A DNA stretch of 64,000 nt. Source: Stegostoma tigrinum. Its lineage: Eukaryota. The notes under the pieces were generated by a model. The model did no database searches. It was not told the origin of the DNA and saw nothing but the letters and a program-made list of their open reading frames with translations. This document shows positions 1 through 11,508 of this stretch, piece after piece; the stretch's first letter is position 1, and each line of letters opens with the position of its first letter. A program made the translations under genes and the position numbers. The DNA lies in NCBI RefSeq assembly GCF_030684315.1, contig NC_081387.1, forward strand, positions 11,200,867 to 11,264,866, in the 5' to 3' direction.

Positions 1-123
1 AGGCAGCGTTCAAGTCGAGGACCGCTCCTGTGTAAGCACAGACCGACTTGGTGGTGGATACTGGCCTCTGCGGAGTTATTTGAGATGTATCTCTGTTCCC
101 TCCGAGTCCCTCCACATTCTCAC

Positions 124-270
124 CCGCTCGAGCACCTCCGCCAGATGCCTGTTGAGTCTCTGCTCCCGTTTGCGAATCTTGTCAGTGTCCCATTGCAGGT
201 CCTCGATTGTGGTCTGCATGTCTGACAGGCGACTCTCTGCCTCCTCAAGCTTCCCCTGGAGCTCCGAGAA
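124..270 (-). CDS. RNF20: RNF20-like coding exon 6 (147 nt); gene continues beyond the left edge
   Basis: [49 protein letters not shown] matches BRE1A [34 protein letters not shown] boundaries. Confidence 0.95.
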
Positions 271-764
271 CTGACGGGCAGGGATGGTAAGACAGAAAGG
301 GCGGGAGTGAGAGCGAAAGCGCGCGCGCATGGGAGAGAGCGCGCGCATGTATGGAAGACCAAGGGAGGAGCAGCAAAGTGTGGATAGACGGGATAGGGTC
401 ACAGAAAGAGTTAGTGTGAGGGAAAGACACACAAGAAAACGGGGAGAAAGGGGGCAACGGAAAGAGGCAGTGAGAGAGAAAGGGGGCAACAGAAAGGGAA
501 AGGGAGAGATAAGTGTGTGAGGATAAGAAAAGAGAGAGAGAATGATTATATATTTACTCATTGGTGCAAAATAGAGATGTTGGGGATACAAAATAAGATT
601 TGAGAAAGGATTTCATCAGCACACAGGGGGCAAAATTGTGACTAATGGACCAATGCTGGCCCCTCATTTAATGTAGCTGGTCCCACGCCAAGCCCCTCCC
701 CAAAACCAGATTCCACCCCCTGCTCGCCCACGCCCCTCTCCAGGGACAACCCGCTGGGTCTTGC

Positions 765-883
765 CTCTTGTGACATCTTGCGATGTTTCTCCCGCAGGCA
801 GTCTGTCAGCTCCAGGAGCCTCTGATTCTCCTTCAAGAGGAGCGCGTTCAGCTCCCTCAGAGTATCCTCCAGCCGGGGCGAAC
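765..883 (-). CDS. RNF20: RNF20-like coding exon 5 (119 nt), followed by a GC-AG intron
   Basis: SPRLEDTLRELNALLLKENQRLLELTDCLREKHRKMSQE. The donor is GAG|GCAAGA. Confidence 0.88.
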
Positions 884-2739
884 CTGGGACAGTCAGCAGT
901 CACACAGTTAAACACAGCGGTTAGGGGCAGCATGGAAGATAGCGAACGCGAGTTCCTCAAAACTGGAGGTTGACACAAAATAAACTAAAAGAGACAAAAC
1001 AGGAAACCAGAGGCCAGTCAGTCTAACACAGTCTATCATGGGGGTAGCACTGGGGTCAATGATCAAGGGAGCCACAGAAAATTCCCAACACAATCAAGCA
1101 GCATCAACATTTCTTTTTTCCCGCCCATTCATCCACAGGGGATGAGGGCATTGCTGGCCAGGCAGCATTTATTGCCCATCCCTAATTGCCAAGGGGGCGG
1201 CTGAGAGACAACCACGTTGCTGTGGGTCAGGAGTCACATGTAGGCCAGACAGAGTCAGGATGGCAGTTTCCTTCCTGAAGGACATTAGTGAACCAGATGG
1301 GCTTTTCCCAACAATCGACTCACGGTCATCACTAGACTCCTTGATCCCAGATTTGTGAAGGGAAAAGTCACGTTTTGTAGATTTACTGGAATATTTGAGG
1401 TGGTGATAAGGTGAAAGGCCAATCTGATGGATGCACTGTACTTTGAATCCCAGAATGCATTTGACAAGGTGGCACAGCAAAGGTTATTGAGGCAAGTATT
1501 ACCACACAGTGGGAAGTGAGGGTGGGTGAAGGGGGGCATGGGCAACGTATTGTCTGGGGCATGAGACTGTGGCCGGTTAATAGAAAGCACAGCAAGCACA
1601 AGTGATCATGTTTAGATCGGCAACTCGTGAGAGATTTTTTTTTATTCATTCACACGATGTAGGCAGTGCTGTCTGGGTCCGACCGGGTTGCTGAGGGGCT
1701 GGAGTCACGTGTAAGGATGGCAGTTTACTTGCCGAGGGGACATGAGTGAACAAGATGGGTTTTTACAACAATTCACAATGTATTCACGGTCATCGTTAGA
1801 CTCTGAATTCTAGATTCCAGCGCCCAGGCCTCAATGATTTAACACTTATCGTGGTGACCTGGTTGAAAGTCTGGGGTCACCAAATGGGGACATGGTGCAA
1901 GGGTAGACAGGAGAGTTAGTTGTGAACGAGGTTTAAGGAGGCTACAAATACATATATAAAATATAGAGCACTTTGTTCACGCAGAATCGCTCAACTGTTA
2001 CAGTGTAGAATGAGGCTGTTTGGCCCATTGTGTCTACGCTGTCTCGTTAAATGAGCACCATTCCCTTGCACCAATCTCCTACCCTTACACACCACTTCCA
2101 TCCAAATAACCAGCCAATGCCTCTCTCGAATGCCTCAATTGCACCAGCCTCCACCATTCTCCCAGGCAGTGTATTCCAGACCCAAACCCTCTGCTGACTG
2201 AAATGCCTTGCTCTCACTTCTTTAGCAAAGCGCTTGAAATCTACGCGCTCTCGTTCTTTTACGAGTGGGAACAAGCTTCACCCTATCTACCTGAAACAGC
2301 CCGCTCATGATTTTGAAAACTTCCTCCTGACCTGCACTCCGGCTCCTTCCCTCCAAAGGAGAGCATTCCCAACCTCTTCAATCAATCCTCATCACTGCAG
2401 CGGGACCAATCTCAAACTGCTTCTGCACTCTCGCTCTTTCTAGTGCGTTCACAACCTTCCTCTACTGTGGGATGGCCAGACTGCACCGGAGCTGAGAGTC
2501 CCTGGTGCGGGAATAATAAAAACGGCAGTGTGCAGGTGCAGCAAGTGATCAGAAACGGGAAATGAATGTTTGTGCCATGGAGGGGCATCACATACTGAAG
2601 TGAGGATATACTGCCTCAAGTCATTACTCAATCCACATCTGTCCAGTTTTGGTCTCCTTACCTCTGAAAGGGTACGTTACACTAGAGGCTTGTTTGTTTG
2701 TAGATGATGATGCCATTCACTCCCTCCACCACTGAGTAA

Positions 2740-3085
2740 AATCTACAAGATGCACGGCACAAATTCAAAGATCCACTTTCCAAACCTACAGCTACTTCCA
2801 TCCGGAAGGGCAAGGGCAGCAGATACATGGGAACGTCACCATCTTCAAGTTCCCCTCCAAGACACTCACCACTTTGACTTGGAAATATATCACTGTTCCT
2901 TCAAGGTTGCTGGGTCAAAATCCTGGAATTCCTTCCCTTGGGGCACTGTGGGTCAACCCACTGCAGGGGGGCTGCAGAGGTTCAAGGAGGCAGCTCCCCA
3001 CCACCTTCTCGGGGTGGGGGGGGTGGGGCAAGAAGGGATGGGCAATAAATGCTGGGTCCAGCCAGAGACGCTCATATCCTGCAAA
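2740..3085 (+). mobile_element. LINE (L2-like) 3' end
   Basis: Shared with 23090-23380 and 44080-44290 (AGGGCAGCAGATACATGGGAAC...GACTTGGAAATATATC...CACCACCTTCTC). Confidence 0.6.
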
Positions 3086-4100
3086 AGCAAAAGCCGGGGG
3101 TTTTGCTCAACCCTATCCTAGACTGCAGGGTACGGAAGGAAGGCACAGTTATCCCAGGAAGGCTAACCCTGTATCCACTGGGGTTTAGAAGAAAGAGAGT
3201 CGATCTTACTGAAATATAAAAATCTTCCAGGAGGGGGTACAAGCAAGGGTAGGCCGCTTAAACGGATCGAAACTCTTACCCTGAGGACACAGATGAGGGG
3301 AGATTTGTTCTCTCACAGGGTTGTGAGTTCTAGATATCACTTCCGTGGAGAATGGTAGATGTGAGGAGATTGAATATTTTAAGGCAGAAGTAGTGGAAGA
3401 CTCTTCCCCTCAGACACATCAAAACTACAATGCAAGAAACAGAGTTGGAAAAGGGCATTCCAAATCACACAGAATGAGAAGACGGTCTTTTTTAATTAAT
3501 CCATGAGCCAATAGGGGTCATTGGCTGCACCAGCATTCACTGCCCATTCTTAATTACCCAGAGGGCAAGTGAGAATCAACCACATCGGCTGTAGGTTTGG
3601 AATCACACATATAGAACCAGGTGAGAATAGTAGTTTCCTTTCCTAGAGGATATTAGTGAACGAAATGGGATTTTCCAACAAGCTGCAATGGATTCATCAC
3701 CATTGCTACCCTCTTAATTCCAGATTTTTATTGAACTCAAATTCCATCATCTGCTGTGGCGGGATTCAAACCCAGGTCCCCAGAATCTTATCCGGGTCTC
3801 TGGGTTAACAGCGCAGCGATAGGCCCTCACCTCCCCTTATCATTGCTTGCCACAAAGGAGCTGAAAGAGCAGTTGACTGTCGGTCTTTGGTCTCCAGCCA
3901 CACCACTATACTCTGATTGACCCGTGCGGTACTAAAGGAATGTGACCAATCGGGGAGTCCACTCGCCTAGCCAGGCTGCAAAGATTGACAGTTAACTGCT
4001 CCCCCCTTCCGCCGACCCTGCATCGCCGTGGTCATGACGGCTCAACCAATCAGCAGACCTTCTCAAGCCGTATGAAACTTTTTCCACTCACGCCCCTCAC

Positions 4101-4292
4101 CCTTGTTGCTGACCCACTCGGCCAGTTGGTCGATCCTGAGCCGCAGCTTTTCGAAGACATCGGCGGTGCCACACATGGCCTGGCGGGAAGACGTCACGCG
4201 CTCCTGGAGCTGGAGCTCCATCTCCTCGCTGGTGCTGCTGGCCAGCATGGCCAGGAACGGCAGCGCACTCTCACTCTGGCCCTCCCTGCACG
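4101..4292 (-). CDS. RNF20: RNF20-like coding exon 4 (192 nt)
   Basis: EGQSESALPFLAMLASSTSEEMELQLQERVTSSRQ... matches FLATLASSSSEEMESQLQERV. Phase 1-1 with TACAG| acceptor and G|GTGAGG donor. Confidence 0.88.
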
Positions 4293-4544
4293 CTGTAGGG
4301 GGTGGGGAAAAAAAACACCAAGGCAGCAGTCACCATCGCACAGGAGTTTCACAGACCGCCCCCCCTCAACAACAACAACAACATGCAGTGACAGCGAACG
4401 GGGCATGGAGTAAAAGATCCCCAGGTCTTTCACATCAGCGCAAGCCGCACAGGGAGGTGAGCTGGAGACAAATAAGGAGACCTAATCAGGAGCAAAGAGG
4501 CTTACTTTTAAGCAGCATCTTAAAAGAACAGAGAAAACAAGGCA

Positions 4545-4707
4545 AAACAAGAAGTTTCTGGAAAAACTCATCAGGTCTGGCAACATCTGTGAAGCAAAAG
4601 TCCAAGTTAACATTTCGGATTCGGCGACCCTTCCTCAGGCCTGGGGCTCAGAGGAAGGGCCACCTCCAAGGAAGGGCCGAAACATTAACTCTGATTTTTC
4701 TTCACAT
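4545..4707. mobile_element. Fold-back PLE-derived hammerhead element in an RNF20-like intron
   Basis: Minus strand CTGAGGAAGGGTCGCCGAATCCGAAATGTTAAC, back-to-back with plus strand CAGAGGAAGGGCC...CCGAAACATTAACT. Confidence 0.7.
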
Positions 4708-4879
4708 GTATTGTCCTGTGTTCTATGCTGCGAGGGTGGGGGGTGAGGGCGAGAGAGAGACTGGAGGAATGGATATCGTGGGGGTGATTTCACGGTTGCA
4801 GGAAAGTGAGCACACAGATGAGGGTTGACTTGCTGCGCCAAGGACAGGTCAGGATCCCCGGCCCACCGGGGCGGGTTAC

Positions 4880-5039
4880 CTTTCTCTCTCTCCTCGCGGC
4901 GGTCCCGCTCCTGGTTACTGTCGGAATCAGGCTCTGGGTCAGACACCACTAACATCTTCTTCTCAGACAACATATCGCGACTTTCCTGCTCCTGCTCCAG
5001 ATCCCAACGCTGCAGGATAATCCGCACGTTCTCATCAAA
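4880..5039 (-). CDS. RNF20: RNF20-like coding exon 3 (160 nt)
   Basis: FDENVRIILQRWDLEQ...LVVSDPEPDSDSNQER. The PEPDSDSNQER motif is RNF20-type rather than RNF40-type. Donor G|GTAACC. Confidence 0.93.
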
Positions 5040-5574
5040 CTGTGGGAGCAAGATCCAGGCTCAGTAACACTGGCTGACCCGTCACCATCCCCAGGTCACA
5101 CCCAGATCGACCCTCAGTGCTTACCTAACCCTGTGTTGTCCCTGTGCTGGTGCGTTTGATTTCCATTGTGGTTAACAGAGAATATGTTTTGTGGTTTTTT
5201 TAAAAATATTTTCGTATGAGCCTGTTCAGAAATAGAACATAGAACAACACAGCACAGTATAGGCCCTACAGCCCACGATGTTGTGTCGAACTTTTAACTT
5301 AAACCTTAGGTCTATTGAATGTCCACCCCTACCTTATACTATCATTGATTTGCCTATCTAGCAGCTGCTTAAAATATTATTACACATCGCTGGAACAGAT
5401 GGGATTTGAACCTGGGCCTCCTGAATCAGAGGTTGCGACATTACCACTGCACTGTAAGAGCTGCTGGGAGTGTTGGAAGGGGAACAGCATAACAGGAAGC
5501 TTAATGCTGTGCTGTTTCAGTGCTCTGAGTGTGTGAATGGGGACAGAGCAGAAGTAGCTTTACTCCACATCTAT

Positions 5575-5874
5575 CGCTGTGCTGACCCTGTCCTGCGAAT
5601 TTGCGATGGGAACGGTGTGGACGCAGCTTTCTGCCATATCTAACGCTGTGCTGTCCCTGTCCTGCGAATTTGCGATGGGAACGGTGTGGACGCAGCTTTC
5701 TGCCATATCTAACGCTGTGCTGTCCCTGTCCTGCGAATTTGCGATGGGAACGGTGTGGACGCAGCTTTCTGCCATATCTAACGCTGTGCTGTCCCTGTCC
5801 TGCGAATTTGCGATGGGAACGGTGTGGACGCAGCTTTCTGCCATATCTAACGCTGTGCTGTCCCTGTCCTGCGA
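5575..5874. repeat. 69-bp minisatellite, ~4.3 near-identical copies, in an RNF20-like intron
   Basis: The unit CGCTGTGCTGTCCCTGTCCTGCGAATTTGCGATGGGAACGGTGTGGACGCAGCTTTCTGCCATATCTAA starts at 5575, 5644, 5713, 5782 and 5851. Degenerate relatives lie at ~5125 and ~5440-5570. Confidence 0.95.
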
Positions 5875-5967
5875 GCAAGGAATAGGGAAAATGCAGTTGG
5901 AGCTTTGTGTCTAGCCCTGGGAAGTCGGTGTTGAGACAGTGGAGGGCGGGCAGTGCCTGGGTTGTAC

Positions 5968-6135
5968 CTGGCACCAGTAACGGTTCAGGATGAGAAGGGT
6001 GGCATCATCTGTTGCTTGCCGTTTCACCAGCTTCTCAATCTGCTCCCGCAGCTCATCCTCGATGGTCTGTCGCTGATCGATCACCTCGGCAAGCTTCCGG
6101 TTTTTGTTCTGGAGAGTCCGGATGTCGAGCTCCTC
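5968..6135 (-). CDS. RNF20: RNF20-like coding exon 2 (168 nt)
   Basis: [56 protein letters not shown] is a strong BRE1A match. AG/GT boundaries, phase 0-0. Confidence 0.95.
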
Positions 6136-7065
6136 CTGGGGGTGGGCAAGAGGGAAATGGGGTCAGGTATGGTCCATAAGCTTGACCGGCAGTACAGCAG
6201 AGTGATGTGGGCGCTCCTGCTTTGAGCATGACAGACACACGTATGTATACGTGCGCACAGGTATGTGCACACACACATGTAGATATACACACACGCGTGC
6301 ACATGCACAGACACACACAGGCATTTTTCAGAGGCTGACCAAACGCTCCAAGAATAAATGAAAAGTGAACTCTATGCAGTGGCGAGACAGCCAGTAAATG
6401 GAAGAAAGAAATCAAAGGCTAACAGGCAGGAAGCAGAAGGGAAAACGGGGGGTGGGGATTTATCTCAGGAAGGTGAGACTGCCATTTGGGGACAGTCCAG
6501 AGAAGCTTCACTGCTTTGATTTCAGATTTTCTTATGAGGAGAGCTCAAGTTGGTTGGGCTCATACTCACCAGAGTTTAGAAGAACGAGAGGCAACCTCAC
6601 TGAAAATGTTTCTGAGGGCTCTGGACACAGTAGATGCAGGGAAGTTGTTTCCCTTTGGGGGAACAGTCCGGGAGCAGTGGACGTAATCTCAGGGTAAAGG
6701 GTCAACTTGATTAAGACAGCGAAGCTTTTCTCCGAGAGGACGATCAGATCAGCCACAATCATGTTGAATGGCGGGGCAGACTTGACGGGCCGAATGGCCT
6801 GCTTTTGCTCCTGTGTTTTACTCCAGTCACACGAGGAACAGCTTTTTGTGGTAAGTGCGGGAGTTGGGTGTGATCTGGAAGACTCTGCCTGAGCGGGTCA
6901 TTGTAGCAGCTCCAATGCAATAATTTTCAAAGGTTGGGTGGGGGGGGGCACGGGCACACCGCTGGGCAAACGTTCGAGGTGGGGGAAAGAGCAGCAAGAT
7001 GGGGATAAATGGGTAACTCAAGTTATTCAGTAATTTTAAAGATGCGGGAGTCGACAACAAAGCCG

Positions 7066-7367
7066 CTACATAGAAACATACAATCCCTGCAGTGTGGGAG
7101 CAGCCCGTTCAGCCCATGCTAACCTTCCGAAGAGATTCTCACCCAGACCTACCTTATGTCCTGTAACCCCGCATTTCCCACCGATAACCCACCCAGCCTG
7201 CAAATCCCGAGACAATTTAGCACAGCCAATCCAACTAACCCGCACATCTTTGGGAGGAAACCGGAGTACCCGGAGGAAACGCACGCAGACACGGGGAGAG
7301 CTCGGGGCTGGAATCGAGCCGGTGTCCCTGGTGCTGTGATGTAGCAGTGCTAACCACTGGGCCGCCC
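7066..7367 (-). mobile_element. V-SINE-like element
   Basis: Same head and core as 60905-61223. Confidence 0.8.
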
Positions 7368-9203
7368 CAATTGCCTGTGTGACGGAGATGGTGAGCCACC
7401 CTCAGAGTCATACAGCACAGAAACAGACCATCCAGTCCAAGCTGACCAAGTTTCCCCAAACCAAACAAGTCCCATGGGCCAAATGCAGGCGAATATCTCT
7501 CTAAACCTTTCAAGTTCATGGATCTATCCAAATGTCTCTGAAATGTCGCATCTGTACCTGCATCGAACACTTCCAAGCAGATCATCTCACACATGAGCAA
7601 CCCTCCCTGTGGAAAATATGGCCCTCTAAATATTTCTCCCCAACGCAAAAATGTGACCGCCATCCACACCAGTTCTGAACTCCCTCAAACTACCACAAAG
7701 ACCTTTGCTGGTGACTACCTTAGCTATGGCCCTCATGATTTTATAAATCTCTGCAAAGATCACTTGTTAATGCTCTAGTGAAAACAAAATTCTATCCAGC
7801 CTCTGACTAACACACATAACCCCCAGGCCTGGCAACATCCTGGTAAATCTTCTCTTCAGCCCTCTCAAATTTAATTACCTCCTTCCTGTAACAGGGCGAC
7901 CAGAACTGAGGAAGCTCTGAGGGTCGCTGGACCCGAAATGTTCACTGATTTTTTTCCTCCACAGATGCTGCCCGGCCAGCTGAGCTTTTCCAGCAACATC
8001 TGTTTTTGTTCCAGAATTGAGGAAGATTTACTTTCAGGTTGAAAGTGCAGACGGAGCTATACTCCATCTCTAACATCATGCTGTACTTGGCCTGGGAGCA
8101 AATGACTTTTGAGGCCATTTCAGAAGGCAGGAATAATTTAATCATCTAACTGAGAAATGGGGCTCCCGCGTAAAGAGGACTGACCAGATAAAGAGGGGCA
8201 GGATTTACCTCTTCAGGGTCAGTAACGAACCAGAAGAGATTAATACAATAATCCAGTTCCAGTAAGATAAAACTTTTATTCGTAAATTACTGAATTGAAT
8301 TTCAAATCCTCCAGGAGCCCAGGTGGGGACCAAAACTCTGCCATAGGGATCACCAGCCTGAGCCTCTGGGTCACCATATCTCATCCCACATCCAGTATAA
8401 ATGTCTGGCAGGCAGAATAGGCTTTTGAGCTTTAGTGACAGAAATAGCAAAACTCAGAGATGCAGAAGGATCTTGGTGAGCTATTGCATTTTCACAAAAA
8501 GGGTTAAATCTCAGATACGCAATTAGGAAAGAGAATACCTTATCATCATTTATCTCAAGGGGAAGTGAATACAAAGCTGGTTATGCTTCAGATTATACAG
8601 GGCACTGGTGAGACCAGATCGGGAGTTATGTCGCTTTAGTTCTGCCAGACGATAGGACTGGTTTTTCACTCAAAAGAGGCAACTGGTGGTGGTTTAATCT
8701 GAGGGTCACCAAGCCTCAGGAGAGGGGAGACGTTGAGGAGGACAGTTCTCCTTGTGGAGGATCAGACCCTTTATTTAGGAAAGGATGTGTTGCAGGCAGT
8801 TCAGAGAATACTTATTACATTAGCAGGTGGATTGTCTTGTGAGGCAAGTTCAAATTGGCTAGGCATGTATCTGGACTTTAGAAGTGTCAAGTAGCTTGAA
8901 ATATAAAAAACACTGGAGGTTTCTTCACAGAGCAGGTGTAGAGAAAAATGTGAGAATTTGGAATCAGGGGTGACCCAGAGATTAAGATGAATTTCTTTTC
9001 TCTCAAAAGATGGCAGGTCTGCCTGAAAAGGAGGTGGAAGGATAAAAGCACACGAGAGGCCGAATGGTAATCAGGGTTAGGCAGGAACGTAGATTTGAGA
9101 TCACAGTCAGATCAGCGAGGGACTCATTTACAGGCAGAGGGGCCGAATAGTCTACTGCTGCCACTTGTCGATTGAATCGATGACAAGCAGGGGCATCACT
9201 CAC

Positions 9204-9356
9204 CGTAGATGTGTCGCTCCCTAGTTTGATGGTCTCCACCTTGGCTCCCGAGCTCCCCGCTGACTCCTCCAGATTGGCCGATTTCTCGGGAGGCCCCAGC
9301 GGAGGGTCCACCGCGGCACGTTTTGAGCCTGTGCCTGGCATCTCCCTCTCCTTCAT
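9204..9356 (-). CDS. RNF20: RNF20/BRE1A-like E3 ubiquitin ligase, first coding exon (ATG at 9356, or 9341)
   Basis: MKEREMPGTGSKRAAVDPPLGPPEKSANLEESAGSSGAKVETIKLGSDTST resembles the recalled RNF20 N-terminus MSGIGNKRAAGEP...PPEKK...VETIKLGGVSST. The acceptor AG puts the exon start at 9402, and the donor is ACG|GTGAGT. Confidence 0.88.
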
Positions 9357-10449
9357 GACAGTCAAGGCAAGACTGAGCTCCCCGGGACTGCCGTGCCCGT
9401 CACTGGAAGGCAGGGAAGAAAAGCACATTGTCACGGGTCATTTTCATGCTATGCCAGCCAGCAACACAAGCCTTAACCCTGCAGGTCATCCCTTGTAACT
9501 TACACCCTCCATGAACCTTCCCTCTTTGCAGGATAACCTAGAACTAAGGGGCTACAGTTTTCAAAATAAAGGGACTCAACCTGAGATGGAGACGAGGAAG
9601 AACATCTTCACTCAGTGAATTGTTACACTTTGGAACGGTGCCCCACAGGCTACATCATCGCATTTACTGAGGGCTGAATATTTCATAGATGTCGGGGGTG
9701 GAGGCAGGCAGGGCAGGACCAAGGGCCACAAACAAATCAGCCGTGATCACATTCAACGTGGAGCAGCTACCAGGTCTCAAACAGTTGTCAAACGGGGCTT
9801 GCCCTTGTTTGAACAGACCTTATGGCTCCATTATTGCCTGGGAGAGGACAGTTTTCCTCAATTCTGATTTGCCTTGGTTGGGCGGGGGGGGGGGGGGGGG
9901 GGGGGAGTAGTACGATGCTGTTGGCGATGATCAGCCGTTAACACCTTCGCCCGTTCTACCCAACTACAGGGGCATTGCAGCCAGGGTGAGGGTGCAAGAG
10001 GATGGGGCTCAGGCTGAGACGCCTCCCATCCACCCACTCACCCTCCTCAAAAACGTTTGGGGCTCCCAGCTGCAGGAATAACACCCCTCCAGCCTCCCAG
10101 CCCCAGATCAGCACTGCAGGCTCTCCTTCCCACCCTCCCAGCACATCACACCACCAATCAATAAAAAAATAAAATCCAGTCGGCACTTGAGGGAAATTCA
10201 GCTGTGTTAGCCATCACTGTGTGACCGCAGGTTTGGGGACTCAGGGGAGCGGGGGTGGGTGGGTAAATGAGAGGTGGTCGCAGGAAGTTGTGGTGGGGGG
10301 GGGGGGGAACTAGCGAACAGCAGAGGGGAGGGATGGAAGCCCTTCACTCCATCCAGCCCCTGCTGACTCTTGGAAGGAGTCACCAGCAGGAATAGCCCCA
10401 CAGGCTGGGACCACATGATATTCCCGGGCAGTGTAACGTTCCCAACCCC

Positions 10450-11110
10450 CACCCCGAATTATGGGGGGGGGGACACAGAGGACAGTGAGAGCCCAGCTCC
10501 AGCCTCCCTCCCGCTTCCCCCACCTCCCCAGCCAGCAGCATCCTCCTTCTCGTCCACTTCGGGCTCCGGCCTGAAACCCGGAAGTGAGGCAGCGCCCCAC
10601 CCACTCCCTACCCGGAAGGGGGCGGGACAGGCTCCGAACAAAGAGCAGCGGCCGGATCAAGAGGGTCCGCTCGGAGGACCGAGCCGGACGAGGGCACCCA
10701 AACCCCGATGGCGAGGAGACGGGGCAAAGCAGGGCTCGGGGCCGCCGAGGCAGGGCGCATCGGTGACGTCAACGCGGCGGACCAAGCGAGGCCCAGAGGC
10801 GAGTGGAGAAGGGACTGGCCGGCAGAGCGGGCGGTGCGGTGTCAGAGCGCGCACTGCAGGACGGGAGGTGACAGCGCGCACTCTGCAGGACGGGAGGTGA
10901 CAGCGCCCACTGCAGGACGGGAGGTGACAGCGCCCACTGCAGGACGGGAGGTGACAGCGCGCACACTGCAGGACGGGAGGGAGGAGCCGGATGCCCTCCA
11001 ATCAGCGAGGGAGGGGGTGGAGCCGCAGCCCTCCCTGCTGGGCGGGAGGACTGGGAGTGCCGCACTGTCGGAGGGTCAGCGCTGAGGGAGTGCCGCACTG
11101 TCGGAGTGTC
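10450..11110. promoter_or_regulatory. CpG island / probable bidirectional promoter between head-to-head RNF20-like and TRIM genes
   Basis: GC- and CpG-rich. Contains ETS/GABP-type CCGGAAGT (10578-10585), GC box GGGGCGGG (~10618), palindromic CRE TGACGTCA (10764-10771) and CCAAT (10998-11002). The divergent start codons are at 9356 (-) and 11509 (+). Confidence 0.8.
10846..10980. repeat. 27/29-bp GC-rich minisatellite (5 cores) inside the CpG island
   Basis: The core CTGCAGGACGGGAGG occurs at 10854, 10883, 10910, 10937 and 10966. Confidence 0.92.
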
Positions 11111-11508
11111 TCCTCATCCAGGGGTAGGGACACTAGCTCTGGGTCACAAGAGGGCCATCGCATCACAACAGAGTATCTTTCACACTGATTTATCAAGTGC
11201 AACATCAGGGAGAGCGGGAGCATTCCTTTCTTCCAAAAGGCTTCCAGTCAATAGATTACAGATAGACTTTCTGAATCTGTCAGTCATCGTTACAGCTGAG
11301 TTTCTGCTCCCCCCCCCCTTTCCCAAATTAATCTCGTTTGCTGCTTTGGAAAGTGAATTAACCTCAATGAGGTGGAAACGGCATTGTTAATCACATTCAG
11401 GTGGAGGTAATGCGCCTGATTCATTTGAGCCTTACAAATGTTGTTTTAAAAGTAAAGAGTTGGTTGGGTATCAGGACTGTGCATCTTATGTAAATTGTGG
11501 ATTGCCTC

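Noticed and set aside
1-75. Possible next RNF20-like exon
   Set aside because: No frame resembles the expected VNSKGYKVYG segment, and the intron would be very short.
5501-5974. Repetitive ORFs on both strands / CRISPR-like appearance
   Set aside because: A pure 69-bp tandem repeat with no unique spacers. The ORFs result from a period divisible by 3, and the context is a eukaryotic intron.
10310-11098. Several overlapping 100-176 aa ORFs
   Set aside because: GC-rich CpG island and minisatellite lacking stop codons, with no recognisable domain.
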